Made by a program: the position numbers and the translations under genes
NCBI RefSeq assembly: GCF_000143415.4
Contig: NW_003314271.1
Location: forward strand, 1,038,882-1,102,881
Origin: Selaginella moellendorffii
Lineage: Eukaryota; Plantae; Lycopodiophyta
DNA: 64,000 bases
Direction: 5' to 3'
Notes under the pieces: generated by a model
Told to the model about the DNA's origin: nothing
Seen by the model: the letters and a program-made list of their open reading frames with translations, nothing else
The model's database searches: none
In this document: in pieces, positions 37,991 to 50,781 of the stretch
Numbering within the stretch: the first letter of the stretch is position 1
Layout of the letters: each line of letters opens with the position of its first letter

Positions 37991-40890
37991 TAGTAAAAGA
38001 AAAATATTTAAAAAGACTTGTTAAAAGGATTCATGTACTTGTGAAGGACCTAGTAAAAAAGTGGATGTCCTTTACATGTAATCTTGAACCATAAGGGTTC
38101 TTGCCATACGTGCAAATAAAACATCCTTTCCTCTTATGTAGTTTGCCCCAAATAAGGAAGGAAAGGATAATACTTCTGAAACTTTGTGCATTTGGCATCA
38201 GGCAAAAGCCCTAAATTTGATATATGTCCTGAACTTTAAATATTTTAAACTGTTTGAACTTCATAAACTTTCATTAGCATAACTTCTCACTATTAAACTT
38301 TATATATCATGGATGCCTTGACCTCCTCATTCTTGGCTCCAAATCACATGTTTTGGACTTAGAACTCTCCAATCATGTTGAAAAACAAAATATACTCAAA
38401 GTGCAATGACCCACAAAGCACTCCTCACACTTCTTGCTCACGAAATTTGCAAATCTTACCTGAGGCATGGCTTGCTCTTAATACCATCTTTGAGTCCTTC
38501 ATAAAGGTATTCAAGCTTCTAGGACACATTGTCCACTAACAGAAGTTCAAGTTTAACCTCGTCCCCCTCACCACTTCCCCCATTTCCCAACCTGCTCGTT
38601 CAAGCATGTTATAACCGCACCTCTATGGTTTTCTAGAGGTTAATAAATAATAGAAGCCTTCTTAACAAAATTGGACTGGGCCTCCTAGCTCACCTCTATC
38701 ATCTTGCAACTTCCACCTGCTCCTCAGCTTCACTTGGGATGAATCTGGTTAAACATGGCACCATCTCGTCAATCTCATGCCTAGCCTGGTTGTGCAAATC
38801 CTAGTGAATCCCAAAAGCACACCCTATTTGTCCCTTCTCCCTCGGATTGCCAGCACCACCTGCAGCAAGTCCCTTGGCTCAAGCTCACTCTGCCTAAAAG
38901 TAGGTCTGCACATCCATTTAGGCAGTGAAGAGATCGTCCCAGGATCACTGGATCCGAAAGTTCCACAACTCAAGCGTTGGGCCAAGGGGTTAAGTAGTGG
39001 GAAGCACTAGAAAGAAAGCTGAGAGGTCTTAAAGTTTGCCAAATCCACTCCCTAAAGCAAAAGCACAAGACTTGGTGTGGCTGTGCCATGAACATCCACC
39101 GGAGGAATGGGGAGGTTCTCTTCTAGACTGACCTCACCACAACTAGGGCCAGATCCACATGATTCTTTGGAGAACACTTAAAAGTTCACGGGCACAGTTA
39201 TCTCAAGCCGTTTGAAAAATGAGCACTGCACAAGTTCTCAACGTCACTAACTTCAGTTCATAATGGCTTTCAATGCTATAGATCCCACCGAATTTCTTCT
39301 TGCCGACTTGGGATCAATCCAAATCGTGAATCAAATCGCATGCCGGAGTGCGCTGGGAATCATTGGCAGAAAATTCAATAGCTGCGATTCGTCAACAGAT
39401 GATCCAAGGGCCCGGAATAAAGCTCAGCTTCCAGCCTCAGAGATGGAGTATTGTGCTCCCAAGCTGTCAATCTGCCCTATAGGACATGCAAGAGGTGGCA
39501 AAGAATCTTCTTCCCTCAGCCTTTGTGGATGACATAGGACTGGGGACAGAGGGCTCCGCGGAAAACCTGCGACCTGTACTTCAACGAAGCATTGAGATCA
39601 AAAGATATGGACACTGAGCTCACGTGGCTGAACCTAGAAGAGACAAAATCACTACCTCAGCTTCCAGATCAGCTGGCAATATGAGCCAGAACCTCAGAAT
39701 CAGAAAGCGGTGCTGAAACTGGGATCAACTCAAGCTGGGCAAGCAAGAAGCTCTTATTCTCGGGATGGTGTATGGTAGCGAACAGCATCCTGCTCGGCAC
39801 AATCATGGATAAATAAATGATCCACGAAATAAACTAGCTGATGGTCTTCATGCGTATCACGAGGTGGTGCAAAAGTCGACTAGCACTCGGTCACACACCC
39901 TAAGCACGAAGGCAGCCTCAACATCATCGAGGCACTCCTGTTCAAAATCTTCATGAGGCTGCTCATGCCTGGACACCAGCCATGGAGGGTCTTGCTGTAG
40001 GACCAATTCCTCAAAGTCCTCCCAGATAGGAAAGAACACACTGCAGAATTAGGAACCGGATCCCAAGCTGTGATCCTCCACATACAGCCTAATCAGCAAT
40101 TCACACAGCTTGTCTAGTGCAGAGCTCTTCTCAGACGCTCCTCTCAAGATGACAAATGCACACACTTTTTCTGGTAAACTCTTCAACGTATGGCCTCAGT
40201 TCAAATGCAAGTTCAAATTAAAATGGCCCTGATCCAAGGAACAGATGGATCACCAACCAATTTTCTTGAACACACTTACCAGGAAGATGCTAGGCGAATC
40301 GGAGGACAGAGGACTGGACCAAACCTGTTGAGAGCTACACAAGGTGGGGCTCTGCATATTTGCCGAGGCGGACTCAATGATGGAACAGAACCATATGGCG
40401 GGTAACTGTGACAGGATCAAAGCGTTTTCTCTTGATATACCTTACTCAAAAGAATTCATGACCTTTATGTAAATTCTCCAGTATATACAGGATATATTAT
40501 AAATAATATAATATAATTATACCGGGAGTTCATAGTAAAAAGCAAGGTATAGAGGGACCAAGAGTGAGCCATCCATGCAACAAGATTTTCCGGGCCAGGA
40601 CGCAGTGTCAAGATCATCCAGCAGTAACCGTGGTACATACAAGGAAACATAATGCGTGAGATCATTCTAACAAGAGGTTACTTATTATCAAACCATCGTG
40701 GGGACTGATACTCTGCAGTCACAAGCTGGTGAAAGAGTTAGTGTTGATCGCCTGGATCAATTGGGAGAGAGCCACCCATGCACGAACCCGTTGGCAGCAA
40801 GTACGAGTGGCAGAAATCCGAGCCACATGGGGGTGAGAATATCCAAAATATAACTGATATATGATTATATATCTTTTTCAGCTTGCACAC

Positions 40891-41839
40891 TCAGTGAGAT
40901 GGTACTGGATGTAAGCAACTCTTCAGCATCTCTGATATCCTTTTATTCTTCCTCTTCACCTTCTGGGGATTGGTTTCTTCGCCACTCTGCATTGCAACAA
41001 AAAAACATTGTTAACACTGATAAGTTCTGTTGCTTAGCCAACTATCACAATAATTCTAATCGCTGCTCCCATTTTCAAACGCCCCACGAGAATCTCGCCC
41101 CCATAGCATTTAAGCCAATGCCGGCGCGCCAGCGCGGCATATTCTTCCTATTTCTAGACATCGCTGATCGTACCTGGCCGCGCCCTGCTGGAGCATCCTC
41201 CGGCCGCGCCTCTGCCACGTGTCCAGCCGCCTTCCCCGCTGCTGGTGACGTCAGCGCTGGAACCTGCGCCGCTGTCCACTCCCCGCTGTGGAGATGCATG
41301 CTCAGCTGCGTTCACGAGGTGCGATCGTCAGGAGCGTGGGGAAATTGCCCAATTCTCCCAAATTCTAGGCCGAAAATGAGAGCTTTTCGAGGAGAAATGG
41401 AGAAATCCGAGCACTTTACCGTGTCTAGCCGATCTTCCAAGTGCGCGACGCGCTCCACCAGCGTTCCCTTCTCCTCGACCTCCTCCAGAGCATCGAGGAT
41501 TGGCTTGATCCTGGCGCTGGATGGAGTGGAGAGGCTGGACGATCGCGCGGACGACGAAGACCAGCAATTGGCGCCACTATCCACAATCACCGATCTCGGA
41601 CTGTAACGCCCTTCCAGTGATCTCATCTGGGGAGAAAGAATTCCACAGGAGCAGGAGAATGAAACATTGCAATCTTTAACCCACGAATTGAAACTCACGT
41701 TTAGCTCCAGATCTTCGACGCGCTTGAGCAGCGGCAGCGTTAGTCGCGGAGAATTGGTACTCATCTTGCTCGATTCCTCGCGCTCGCCTCCATTATAATC
41801 ATGACTCTCGCGATCGTCCGCGTCTAGATTCCTTCCCAT
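40891..41839 (-). CDS. Uncharacterised plant protein (multi-exon, short coiled-coil motif)
   Basis: ATG at 41839. Exons ~41839-41699, 41626-41420 and ~40987-40891 with GT-AG borders. LLKRVEDLE..KPILDALEEVEEKGTLVERVAHLEDRL. Middle exon uncertain. Confidence 0.6.
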
Positions 41840-42130
41840 TCCCCAAAACGAAGAGAGCTTGTTCTTCCTTATAAGACAACTCACAACATATAAAAAAGAA
41901 AAAAACATCAGCTGTAATAACACGTGGCTATAAAGCCGACGGCCAAGATCGATTTTTTAACAGACGGTGACGAGTTTATTAAGGGGCAAACTACATAAAA
42001 ATTGGAATTTGTTTCTCATAAAAATTGTTTTCTTATTAGTCCAGAAAGTTATACTGCCTCGCTGCGATCGATCGTCTCTTTTGTCGCCATGAATGAACTT
42101 GCTGTTCTTCGCTCGCTCGATCGATCTTTC

Positions 42131-43724
42131 TTAGTAAGTGTATCCCTTCTCGAACATCTCCTTCTTGGCAGCGTCGGATTCTCCCTCGGCCGTGTACTGG
42201 CCGAGCTGCGCCTTGGAGTTTGCCTTGGCCCGGACAAGGAGAGCGTCTTGAGCCGCCTTGACGTTCTCTGGAAGTCCCTTCCATGTCTGCAACACCGTGT
42301 TCTGCAAAGCACGGGCGTACGAGAAGGATACGTGCCACGGGTTGGGGCTCTGGTTCATTGCGTTCAAGTTGAGCGTCGCCTCCACCTCGGATTGTCCTCC
42401 AGACAAAAACTGGCAAAGAAAAATCATGAGAAAAGTTCGATTTTGGAACTGAAAAGGAGAAACTTTACCATGATGCCGGGAACAGAGGGGGGAACTCTGT
42501 GGTGGAGCATCTTGAGCGTGTAGTCGGCGACTTCCTGGGGAGTGGACTTGGTTCCCTTGTAGTCTGCGCCGGGAGTGACCATGCTGGGTTTCAAGAGGAT
42601 ACCCTCGAACAGGACGTTGTTCAGTGACAGGTAGTAGAAGGTCTTGGCCCAGACTTTCTCTGCAACCTCCAAGGTCCTGTCAATCCCGTGCTCTCCGTCC
42701 AGGAGAACCTCAGGCTCAACAATTGGCACTAATCCATTGTCCTGAGAGGAACCATCAAACGCGATCAGTGAAAGGCAAAGTTTTGATTGTTCCAACCTGA
42801 GAGATGGCGGCATAACGAGCAAGGCCCCAAGCGGCTTCAGTCACTGCTAGCTCGGAAGGACCGTTTGGAATGCTAATGACTGTTCGCCTGTTGATAGAAA
42901 AAACATTGTTTGTTAGACAAACAAAAAATATGTCAAGACAAACTAGAAATCCATCCAAGGCTTACCACTTCGCAAACCTCGCACCCTGGCCGTAGTAAGC
43001 AGCTGAGCGAGAAGCCAAGCCGTCAAGTCCTTGGCACCACGACTCGTTGTTGGATCCAGCGAGTGGAACGAGACCCTAGTGTTAGATCAAAAGTGTTAGA
43101 TCAAAAGGAAAGAAAGAGATCAGAAGTCTTACCTTGTCGACCTTGATTCCAGGCACGATGTTCTGCTCCTTGAGGCAATCCACGAACGTCTTGCCTCCTT
43201 TCGCCGACTGGTAGAGCGTCTCCTCGAACAAAATCGCGCCAGAAATGTAAGATCCCAGGCCAGGGGTGGTGATCAGGAGCTCCCTGTAAGCTTGTCTGTT
43301 GTCCTCGGTGTTGTCGAGGCCAATCGATGCCAATCNNNNNNNNNNNNNNNNNNNNNNNNNNNNNNNNNNNNNNNNNNNNNNNNNNNNNNNNNNNNNNNNN
43401 NNNNNNNNNNNNNNNNNNNNNNNNNNNNNNNNNNNATGGGCAAAGAAATTCGCTCGGCCACTTCGGATGCACACGGGTTTTTCTACGATGCGCAAGGAAA
43501 TGGAAATCTTCCAGTCAGTAAAACCTTTTTCCAGGATTTCCACAGCAAAATGGATCACTTACAGCAGTCTTGACGAGCTCCTCATCGTATCCCCCAGCTC
43601 TGACGACCAAGGAGGCGCTGCGGCCGGACGGCGAGCAATTCACTGTAGAAAGCTTGACGCTCTGCCCCATGAACTGAGATCCGGCGAGGCTCAACGTGTT
43701 GTTGAGCGCCATAGCCGCGGCCAT
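42131..43724 (-). CDS. FBA: Plastid class I fructose-bisphosphate aldolase
   Basis: Transit peptide ending [76 protein letters not shown]-terminal GYTY. One exon falls partly in the gap at 43336-43435. Confidence 0.96.
43336..43435. other. Assembly gap (100 N) inside the aldolase gene
   Basis: Run of N. Confidence 1.
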
Positions 43725-44252
43725 TGCTCCTCGCAACCAAGGATCGACGAGCGCCCTGCCTGGAAAACCCTAAAATTCCACACACCACTCGCAGACGGAA
43801 GCGCCAAGGGCTCACAAAAACGAAGGCTACGTTGGCTCATATCGGACGGCTGCCGCCGCCCCTTTATACATCCAACGGCTGGTAGCGCGCTTCTAATCTG
43901 ACGACAGAGTGGATGGTCCATGTTTCTCCTTTGACGAGAGCCACAATGTAGCGAGCGGCGAATGGACGGCCCAGATTTTGTGTCCTCGGTTGCCACACGA
44001 CCTTTATCATTCCCATCTGGGAACAATAGTGATGGATGCCATTGTAAAAAACTTTAGACTAAATTTTCTCGTCCACTATATCCAAATTCTTCCAAGCTTT
44101 TGTGTCCAATCCTTTAATCTTCGAGGACTTTCGGAGTTACACCTCATTCCATATCAGGCTTCTTCTAAAGTTGACGCTTTGATAAAATTTTACACTCTCA
44201 TGGTCTACCTTTCGAGTAACTATGTCGTCCCTGGTCCATGAAAAAACAACTT

Positions 44253-47200
44253 CTAACTTGTCATGGACAGAGCTTTTCCTTGGGCGAATTTCCCCGTCCA
44301 TGACTTGGGATACAACTCCACAGGCTCGCTGGAGATAATCTCGTCCAAAAACGCAGACATTCTTTGCCGCTTACACAAGCTGCCTGGAAAGCTTTTCTCG
44401 TGGGGATCCCCGGGAGAATGAGTGTGTGTGAGATACCTTGAATTAAAAAACGATCAATCAGCGTAGGATCGGAAACAAGAGTTTAGTTTACTCACAACTG
44501 CTCTTTCGCACGGGTGATTCCAACGTAGAACAGCCGTCGCTCTTCTTCGGGGTCCGAGTTTTCGTGTGGCAAGATTCCCGCATTGACACCGACTATGAAG
44601 ACACAGGGAAACTCCATTCCCTTTGAGGCATGGAGCGTCAGCAAGCCAACGTGTTCCTTGTTCGTTTCCTGTAGAAAGCTAACTTTAAGCTTTGCAGCAC
44701 TCGAAAGGCTATATACATTTACCTTGTCATCAGAGGTTATTAGCATGACGTCTTCAAGGAAGCCGGCCAGGGCACGACGCCCCTTCCCATGCTTGCCTTC
44801 GGCAGAATCTGCGCTTTCCTGCACTTCAATAATTCAAGCCAACATTCGACAATAAAAACGAAAATCTACACCTTGAACTGTTCCACGAGTTGACATCTTT
44901 TCTCAAAGATCCTCTGATCTTCCGTGTGCTCTTCCAAGTATTTAATAAACTGCGTCCTGTATATAGCCCGTGGTCTCAGATAATCTCGTAAAGAATCGAA
45001 CTTACTTGTCAATTACAGCCTGAAGCAAGTCAGCAGAGGACTCCTTTTCACTGAGCTTCGTCAGCGACTCTAGAAGCTCACAAAAGCTCAAAACTGCCGT
45101 TCTGTGACAAGCACGACATAAGCGCCTAAAAATTAATCAGCCAAATGTGGATTCTACTTTGCCTTCGCTGTTATTCCCAAGTGCTTGTGTCCAGGATCAT
45201 CCTCTTTGAGTTTCTGAAAAACACTTCTTTAAGAATCACAAGAGATGTCAACGAGCCTGTACCAGTAACGCTTTGAAAAGTGGTAGATCTCGTTCCGAAG
45301 CCCATTGTTTAAGATGGAAAATTGTTTTCTCACCAATTCCTGTATTAGCCCACTCACTGGTTAGCGACAAGTTACACGGTACGTAACTTACCCCGAGGTG
45401 GCGTATTGATAATACGTCCCAGAGCGAGTTCATCATTACTATTGTGAATAAGTTTCAAGTAGCTGAGAAGGTCCTTTATCACCTTGTGCGAAAACAGTGG
45501 AGTTGCTCCTAGCAGCTTGTATGGTATATTTGCCTTGATTAATGCTGATTCTAGAAGAAAACTCTGCATAAAAGAAACTGATTGCTGGAAAATAACAAAG
45601 AAAAACGAGAGATACCTGTCTGTGAGTTCGATAGAGCACCGCACAGTCGCTCCATCTATCTTTCCTGGTTCGAATGATTTCATCGGCAACAAAACGACTT
45701 TCTTCAGTGGGGTCACTCAGCCAGCAGACCTTTACAGGTGCCGTCCAGGGCTGTAAAGTTCAAAAAGTTATATCGCATTATCGTATTATTCCTCTTACCT
45801 TAATGGAGATAGGCTTCAGAGCTTCTAATTGTCCAATGCGACGACTCATCATACTGTTTCCGATTATTTTCGAAGCAGCACTGAGAATAGCCTTAGATGA
45901 TCGATAATTCTTCCGCAGCTGTAGGTGATGTAAAATGTCGAAAGTAACTAAAAAGTTTTGCATAAATTACCTGAAAAGTAGCTATCTGCGGGAAGTCGTT
46001 GCCCAGGAGATATTGCATATTTCGTGACTCAGCACCTCGCCAACCATATATTGCCTACACCAGGGACAATGTCAACAAAAAGTTGCAAAAATTTAACACG
46101 GCTGTGACTACCTGATCGATGTCACCGACCACGAAAAGATTTTGATTTTCAGAGCAGAGTAAACGGATAAGCTCATACTGGGCCTGTATCGAAGCGTTCA
46201 GAAACATATAACGAACGATCCTGTTGGTACCTTGTCTGTGTCCTGGAACTCGTCGACAAGCACGTAAGACCATCGCTTCTCGAACCTCTGACAGCAACAA
46301 AGAAAAATAAAATAAAATCAGAAAACGAAACAATCGTTCAATCAACAAACGACCTTTGCTCCAGACGCTGGCAAACACTGTTCCACAATCAGCGTGTTTC
46401 AGAGTAGAGTCCAACCTTTCGAGCTGACGGAGTCCGATGAAGCTCCATAATCGTCAAATAGATCAAATCGTCAAAGTCAGCCGCATTGTTCGCTCTTAGA
46501 TGTTCCTGCAACAAGCAAAATAAGAAGTGCCGAAGAGAAAGTAGAAAGCACCTCAAACATATGCAAAAGCTTGCTGACATCGTCGGTTAGAACCTTCGGG
46601 CGGGACGGAAGATCTTTGCAGCGATTTAACGCAACAAACCTCTCCAGGTACCAGCCTTTGGCTAATCTCATGAGAAAAAGTCCTCGCTTCAAGTCCTCCG
46701 AAGGTATGCGAAAATGAACCGGTTTTTTATCGGTGGATGTGTCGCTGGAAATTTCCAAGCCACCGAAAAGAGTAAGAAGGCCCCATTTGGAAGCACCGGA
46801 CTTGCATTCGGACAAGTGACCCTCAGCTACCTGAAAACATGAAACGTGAATATGTTACATACCATTTCCAAGTATCACCGTACCTTCACATATATATCTT
46901 TGAGAATCTTCTCACAGTCAGCCTCGTCATAGATAACAAAGGCCTGGCTTAATCCAGACTCGGGCTTTATGTCTGGAAGAAGCTTCTTCAAAAGCTTCGT
47001 ACAAAAGCTATGGAACGTAGATATCTAAGAAAAAAAGATCAAGAAGGAAACAAAATAAAAGCACCATTCTTCCTTACAGTGATTTTTCTCGCAGCATCAA
47101 TCCCCACCAAGGACCCAATCCGGTGTCGGATTTCTTGCGCAGCTTTGTTTGTGAATGTAATGCACTAGAAAATTCCAGTTTCAGGAACTTCAAAGCCTAC

Positions 47201-47485
47201 ATTTTTACGTACCAAAATATTTTCCGGATCGATTGAGTTGTGATTGATCTCGTGCACAATGCGATGCGTGAGAACCAGCGTCTTCCCGGAGCCCGGACCC
47301 GCGACAACGCGCACGCATTTCTCTGTGGTTGTCACGGCCGCCTCCTGCTCGTCGTTAAGCCCCACGGCATTCGAGAAATGGAGAGCCGACACGCAAGAAA
47401 TCCTGAATCCACCGCGTAGCCGGCCACGGCAGCGCATCAGCGTCCCATACACCGGGAGAAATCGGCATTGCGGCGCGAGCATCAT
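44253..47485 (-). CDS. UvrD/PcrA/Rep-family (SF1A) DNA helicase, multi-exon, with presequence-like N-terminus
   Basis: AGPGSGKT, ITFTNKAA, STFHSFC, VLVDEFQD, VVGDIDQAIYGWRGA, NYRS, IINTPPRG, LTLHASKGMEF, EEERRLFYVGITRAKE. ATG at 47485, TAG at 44253. Confidence 0.93.
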
Positions 47486-47520
47486 CGCGAAGCCCGCAGC
47501 TTTCCGCCAAGCATTCACAT

Positions 47521-47535
47521 AAACCCTAAAGCCCA
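47521..47535. promoter_or_regulatory. Telo-box plus site II motif upstream of the helicase ATG
   Basis: AAACCCTAA immediately followed by AGCCCA, 36 bp from the ATG. Confidence 0.45.
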
Positions 47536-47829
47536 GACTAAAAGAACGAATATAGAAACCAAATCTTTGTTTTATTCGCATTTAGCTCACAAATGTGAAA
47601 TTGGTGTCTTTCTTCCACAAAAATGATTTTTATTTCTCCACAAATCTTTTCCCTTTCACTCTGATCTGCTGCTGTTGTTGTTGTTGTATGGTTTTGGGCT
47701 TGAATCTTCCCATTGTCACGTCTTTTTTCTTCATCGTCGTATCGTCTGGCGCCTCGCTCGTCTCGTCTCGTCGTCAAGTATCAGAAAGAATATCGTGTCG
47801 TTCTCTCCTCTGTGAAAAAAAAAGAAGGC

Positions 47830-50781
47830 TCACTCGCAAGTCAATTTCTTCTCAGCGGCCCATCCAAATCTCTCGAACAGGCTCAGCACCACACCATTGC
47901 TCCATCCAAATCCAGCCTAGAACACATAAACACAAAAACTTCTTAGAAAAAACTCCAGAAAAAAACAAAAATTTAGCCTACCTGTGGCAAGTATTCTCCT
48001 CCCGATCCAACTTTACCACAGTATCGAGCATCGTACTTCTCCTGCATCTCTCCAGTCTCCAGGTATCCTACATAGTTCGTCTCCAGCCACCGTCTAGAGA
48101 TATCCTTGGCCAGAGCAATCCCTTCTTCGTTCTCAGTGAGCGCAAAGCCTTCTATGATCATGTGTTGAAGAGGAGCCCAAGCATTTGGGTAATCCCTGTT
48201 GAAGCAAAGCAACACAGATTAGCACCAGGGATTCCGCAAACAACTCCATTGTTCTCACCATTGTTGTCCTGTTTGTAAAAGCGAGGTCGTAATCCCAGCT
48301 GGTAGCAGCAGTCCCGATTCTTTGAACGACGCTATCATTTTTTGGATTTTCCTATCGCCTGTATGCAGCAAAAGATTTCTTTATGAGAAACCATCGCACT
48401 TGGGAAATTCTTTTTACCTGGTGGAACAACGCCGCACCAAAGAGGTATAAAGTTGGACGGGTAAGCGTCAGTGTTGTGATGTTCTGGGAGAAAGTCGTAC
48501 GTAACCTGTGAAAGCAACAAATTCAATGACCACGTCTCACGGAAAAAAAAAAAAAAAAAAGGGGGCCACAAGCCATCACGGAAGAGATGGAGCCTCTTCC
48601 CTGATGGCTTATGGCCCCCTTTTAGAGGTTTTTCGGGTTTAGAAGTTACCTCAAATGCCTTGTAATTGGCGGCGTTGTTTGCAGCGTTTCGCTTGACGAG
48701 CCAGTAATCGAGATACTGACCCATCTCTTCATTCCATAGAATGGCGTCCATTGCAATCTTTCTAGAGTTTGCAAGCTTATAAAAGTGCTTCTCATAGTCA
48801 GACTTTCCAAGCAACTTCGCAAAGAGAGCAATGTTGTTTTCCATCTGAATGCACAACCAAGCAAATACAAATTATTCAGTCGCAAATACTTAACCATCGC
48901 TGTTGTTACCTGTACAAGAAACGCGTTTAGATCCACTGGCAGGATGAAAGACGTCTTCATCGTTTTAAGATTGTGACGATCCCTGTGGGAAGAGAACCGG
49001 GATTAGAAATCAGATAAGACACAAAAAGCATTTAGACGCACTCCATCCAGCGAGAGCTGAAGTCCCAGCCACTCTCAGCAGCAGTGGCAATGTGGTGATA
49101 AAGCTCAGCTCGCTGGTGTCTCTCCAAACCTTTCGCAATTTGCATGTCCTGTAAAGACAAAAACAATAATTAAGAACGGGTTAGAAAGGGATTGTGATCT
49201 TACAATAGTGGAAGATTCGGGCCGTGGTTCATCCCACATAGCATAATATCTTGTTAACACATGCTCAACACCGTTTGCGTCACGGATATGAACTCGGTGA
49301 GGATCTGGATCACCGAAAACGTTCAGCGAAACAAGGCAAAACGGATTATAAAACCAACAACAACTCACCAGCACACCAAAAGTTATGCTCCTTGAGAAGA
49401 GCCGGGAATGCCTTTTCCACAAACGAAACGTCCTTGGTCTCATGATAGATGGCCATGACGGCTTCGCTAAGCAGCGGGGGTTGGCTTCCTGTCAAGTCAA
49501 GAAAACGCATGAGTTAACCACATAACTTGCGAGGCGTTTAGAAAACTTACGGTTAGTGTAATAGGTGCGAGCACCATTTGGAATAAATCCAAAAGAATTG
49601 GCAAGGAACATCAGATTCTCCACGACATTCCTGGCCGTTTCGTAGAGCTTACTCACGAGAAGACCTCTGCAAGAAAAAAAATGAAAAACCAAGAGAGATT
49701 TACACTTTTGAGGAAGAACACAAAAAGAAAAACGCGAGAAAAACTCTAGACCAACCTGACGATCCAGTAAGTATCCCAGTAGTAAACCTCCCTGAATCTG
49801 GCACCGGGAACGACGACTGGATTTGGAAGAGGTATCAGAGTGTGCTGGTGTGGATCCTTGTGCACCCTCTCCTTAACTTTCCTCGCCAAGAGCCACCACA
49901 GCGAATGCATCTTGAGCGCAAAGTCGCGAGCAGCGGGATTTGTAACATTCGCGAGGAAACCCTCTGGCTCGTTCTTAAAATCGGTGAGGTTGTCGGGTAG
50001 GAGATCGCTCCCGGGTTTGTCACAGAACTCGTTAAGGAAATGGTTAAACTCGCCTGCGCCAAGAAAAGAAACCAAACGGGTGTTAGATCGCGAGAGAACG
50101 AACACAATGCATCGAATTCCACCACGAAATTGAGAAAGAGAGGGAAGATTTCTTGCCTGTGTCGACGCTACCGTTGTTGTTCTGGAAGAGACTGACGAAC
50201 GCCTCCTTGGTCGATGGCAGCGAGTGCTTGAGCGGCAGATCTACATAGACCTTAGGGTCGAAGTCGTGATCCCCTTCCACCTGGAGCGCCGCGTTCTGGA
50301 TCATCACCAAGAACGACTCCAAATCCGTGTGATTCCTCATCACCACGGGCGTGCGGTAGCAACCATTGCAGCAAGGGATCTCCTCCATGGCCGAGATAGA
50401 TCCGAGGGCCCGGCCGCTGGATTGAAGCTGCGGCTGCGCCGATTGCTCCTCCCCCGTGACGAATCCGCCCTGCCGCAGCGACTGGAGGCCCGATGCTACC
50501 GCGGATGCCGAGGGCGGCGGCGGCGACGCAGTGGCGCTAGGGTAGGCTGCTGCCGATGGCGATGGCGAGGACGACGATGCGGCGATGAGATGCGGCAGCC
50601 GTGCGAGCATTATCACCAACAGCAGAGCGGGCGAGGACGATGATCGGGCGCGAGGAGGGGGAGTGGCGGAGGAGGAGAAGAGGCGCCGAGGCGGAGACGA
50701 AGCACACGGAGAACACGAAGAAAGATAAACAGGGGAGGAGAAATGGACGACCTGGCTCACCACGGGATTTGGGACAGCCAT
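47830..50781 (-). CDS. TRE1: Trehalase (glycoside hydrolase family 37), multi-exon
   Basis: DPKVYVDLPL, VVPGARFREVYYWDTYW, FIPNGARTYYTNR, PRPES, PVDLNAFL, YPNAWAPLQ, MQEKYD, GGEYLPQ, GFGWSNG. Start codon uncertain (50781 or a downstream ATG). Confidence 0.95.
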
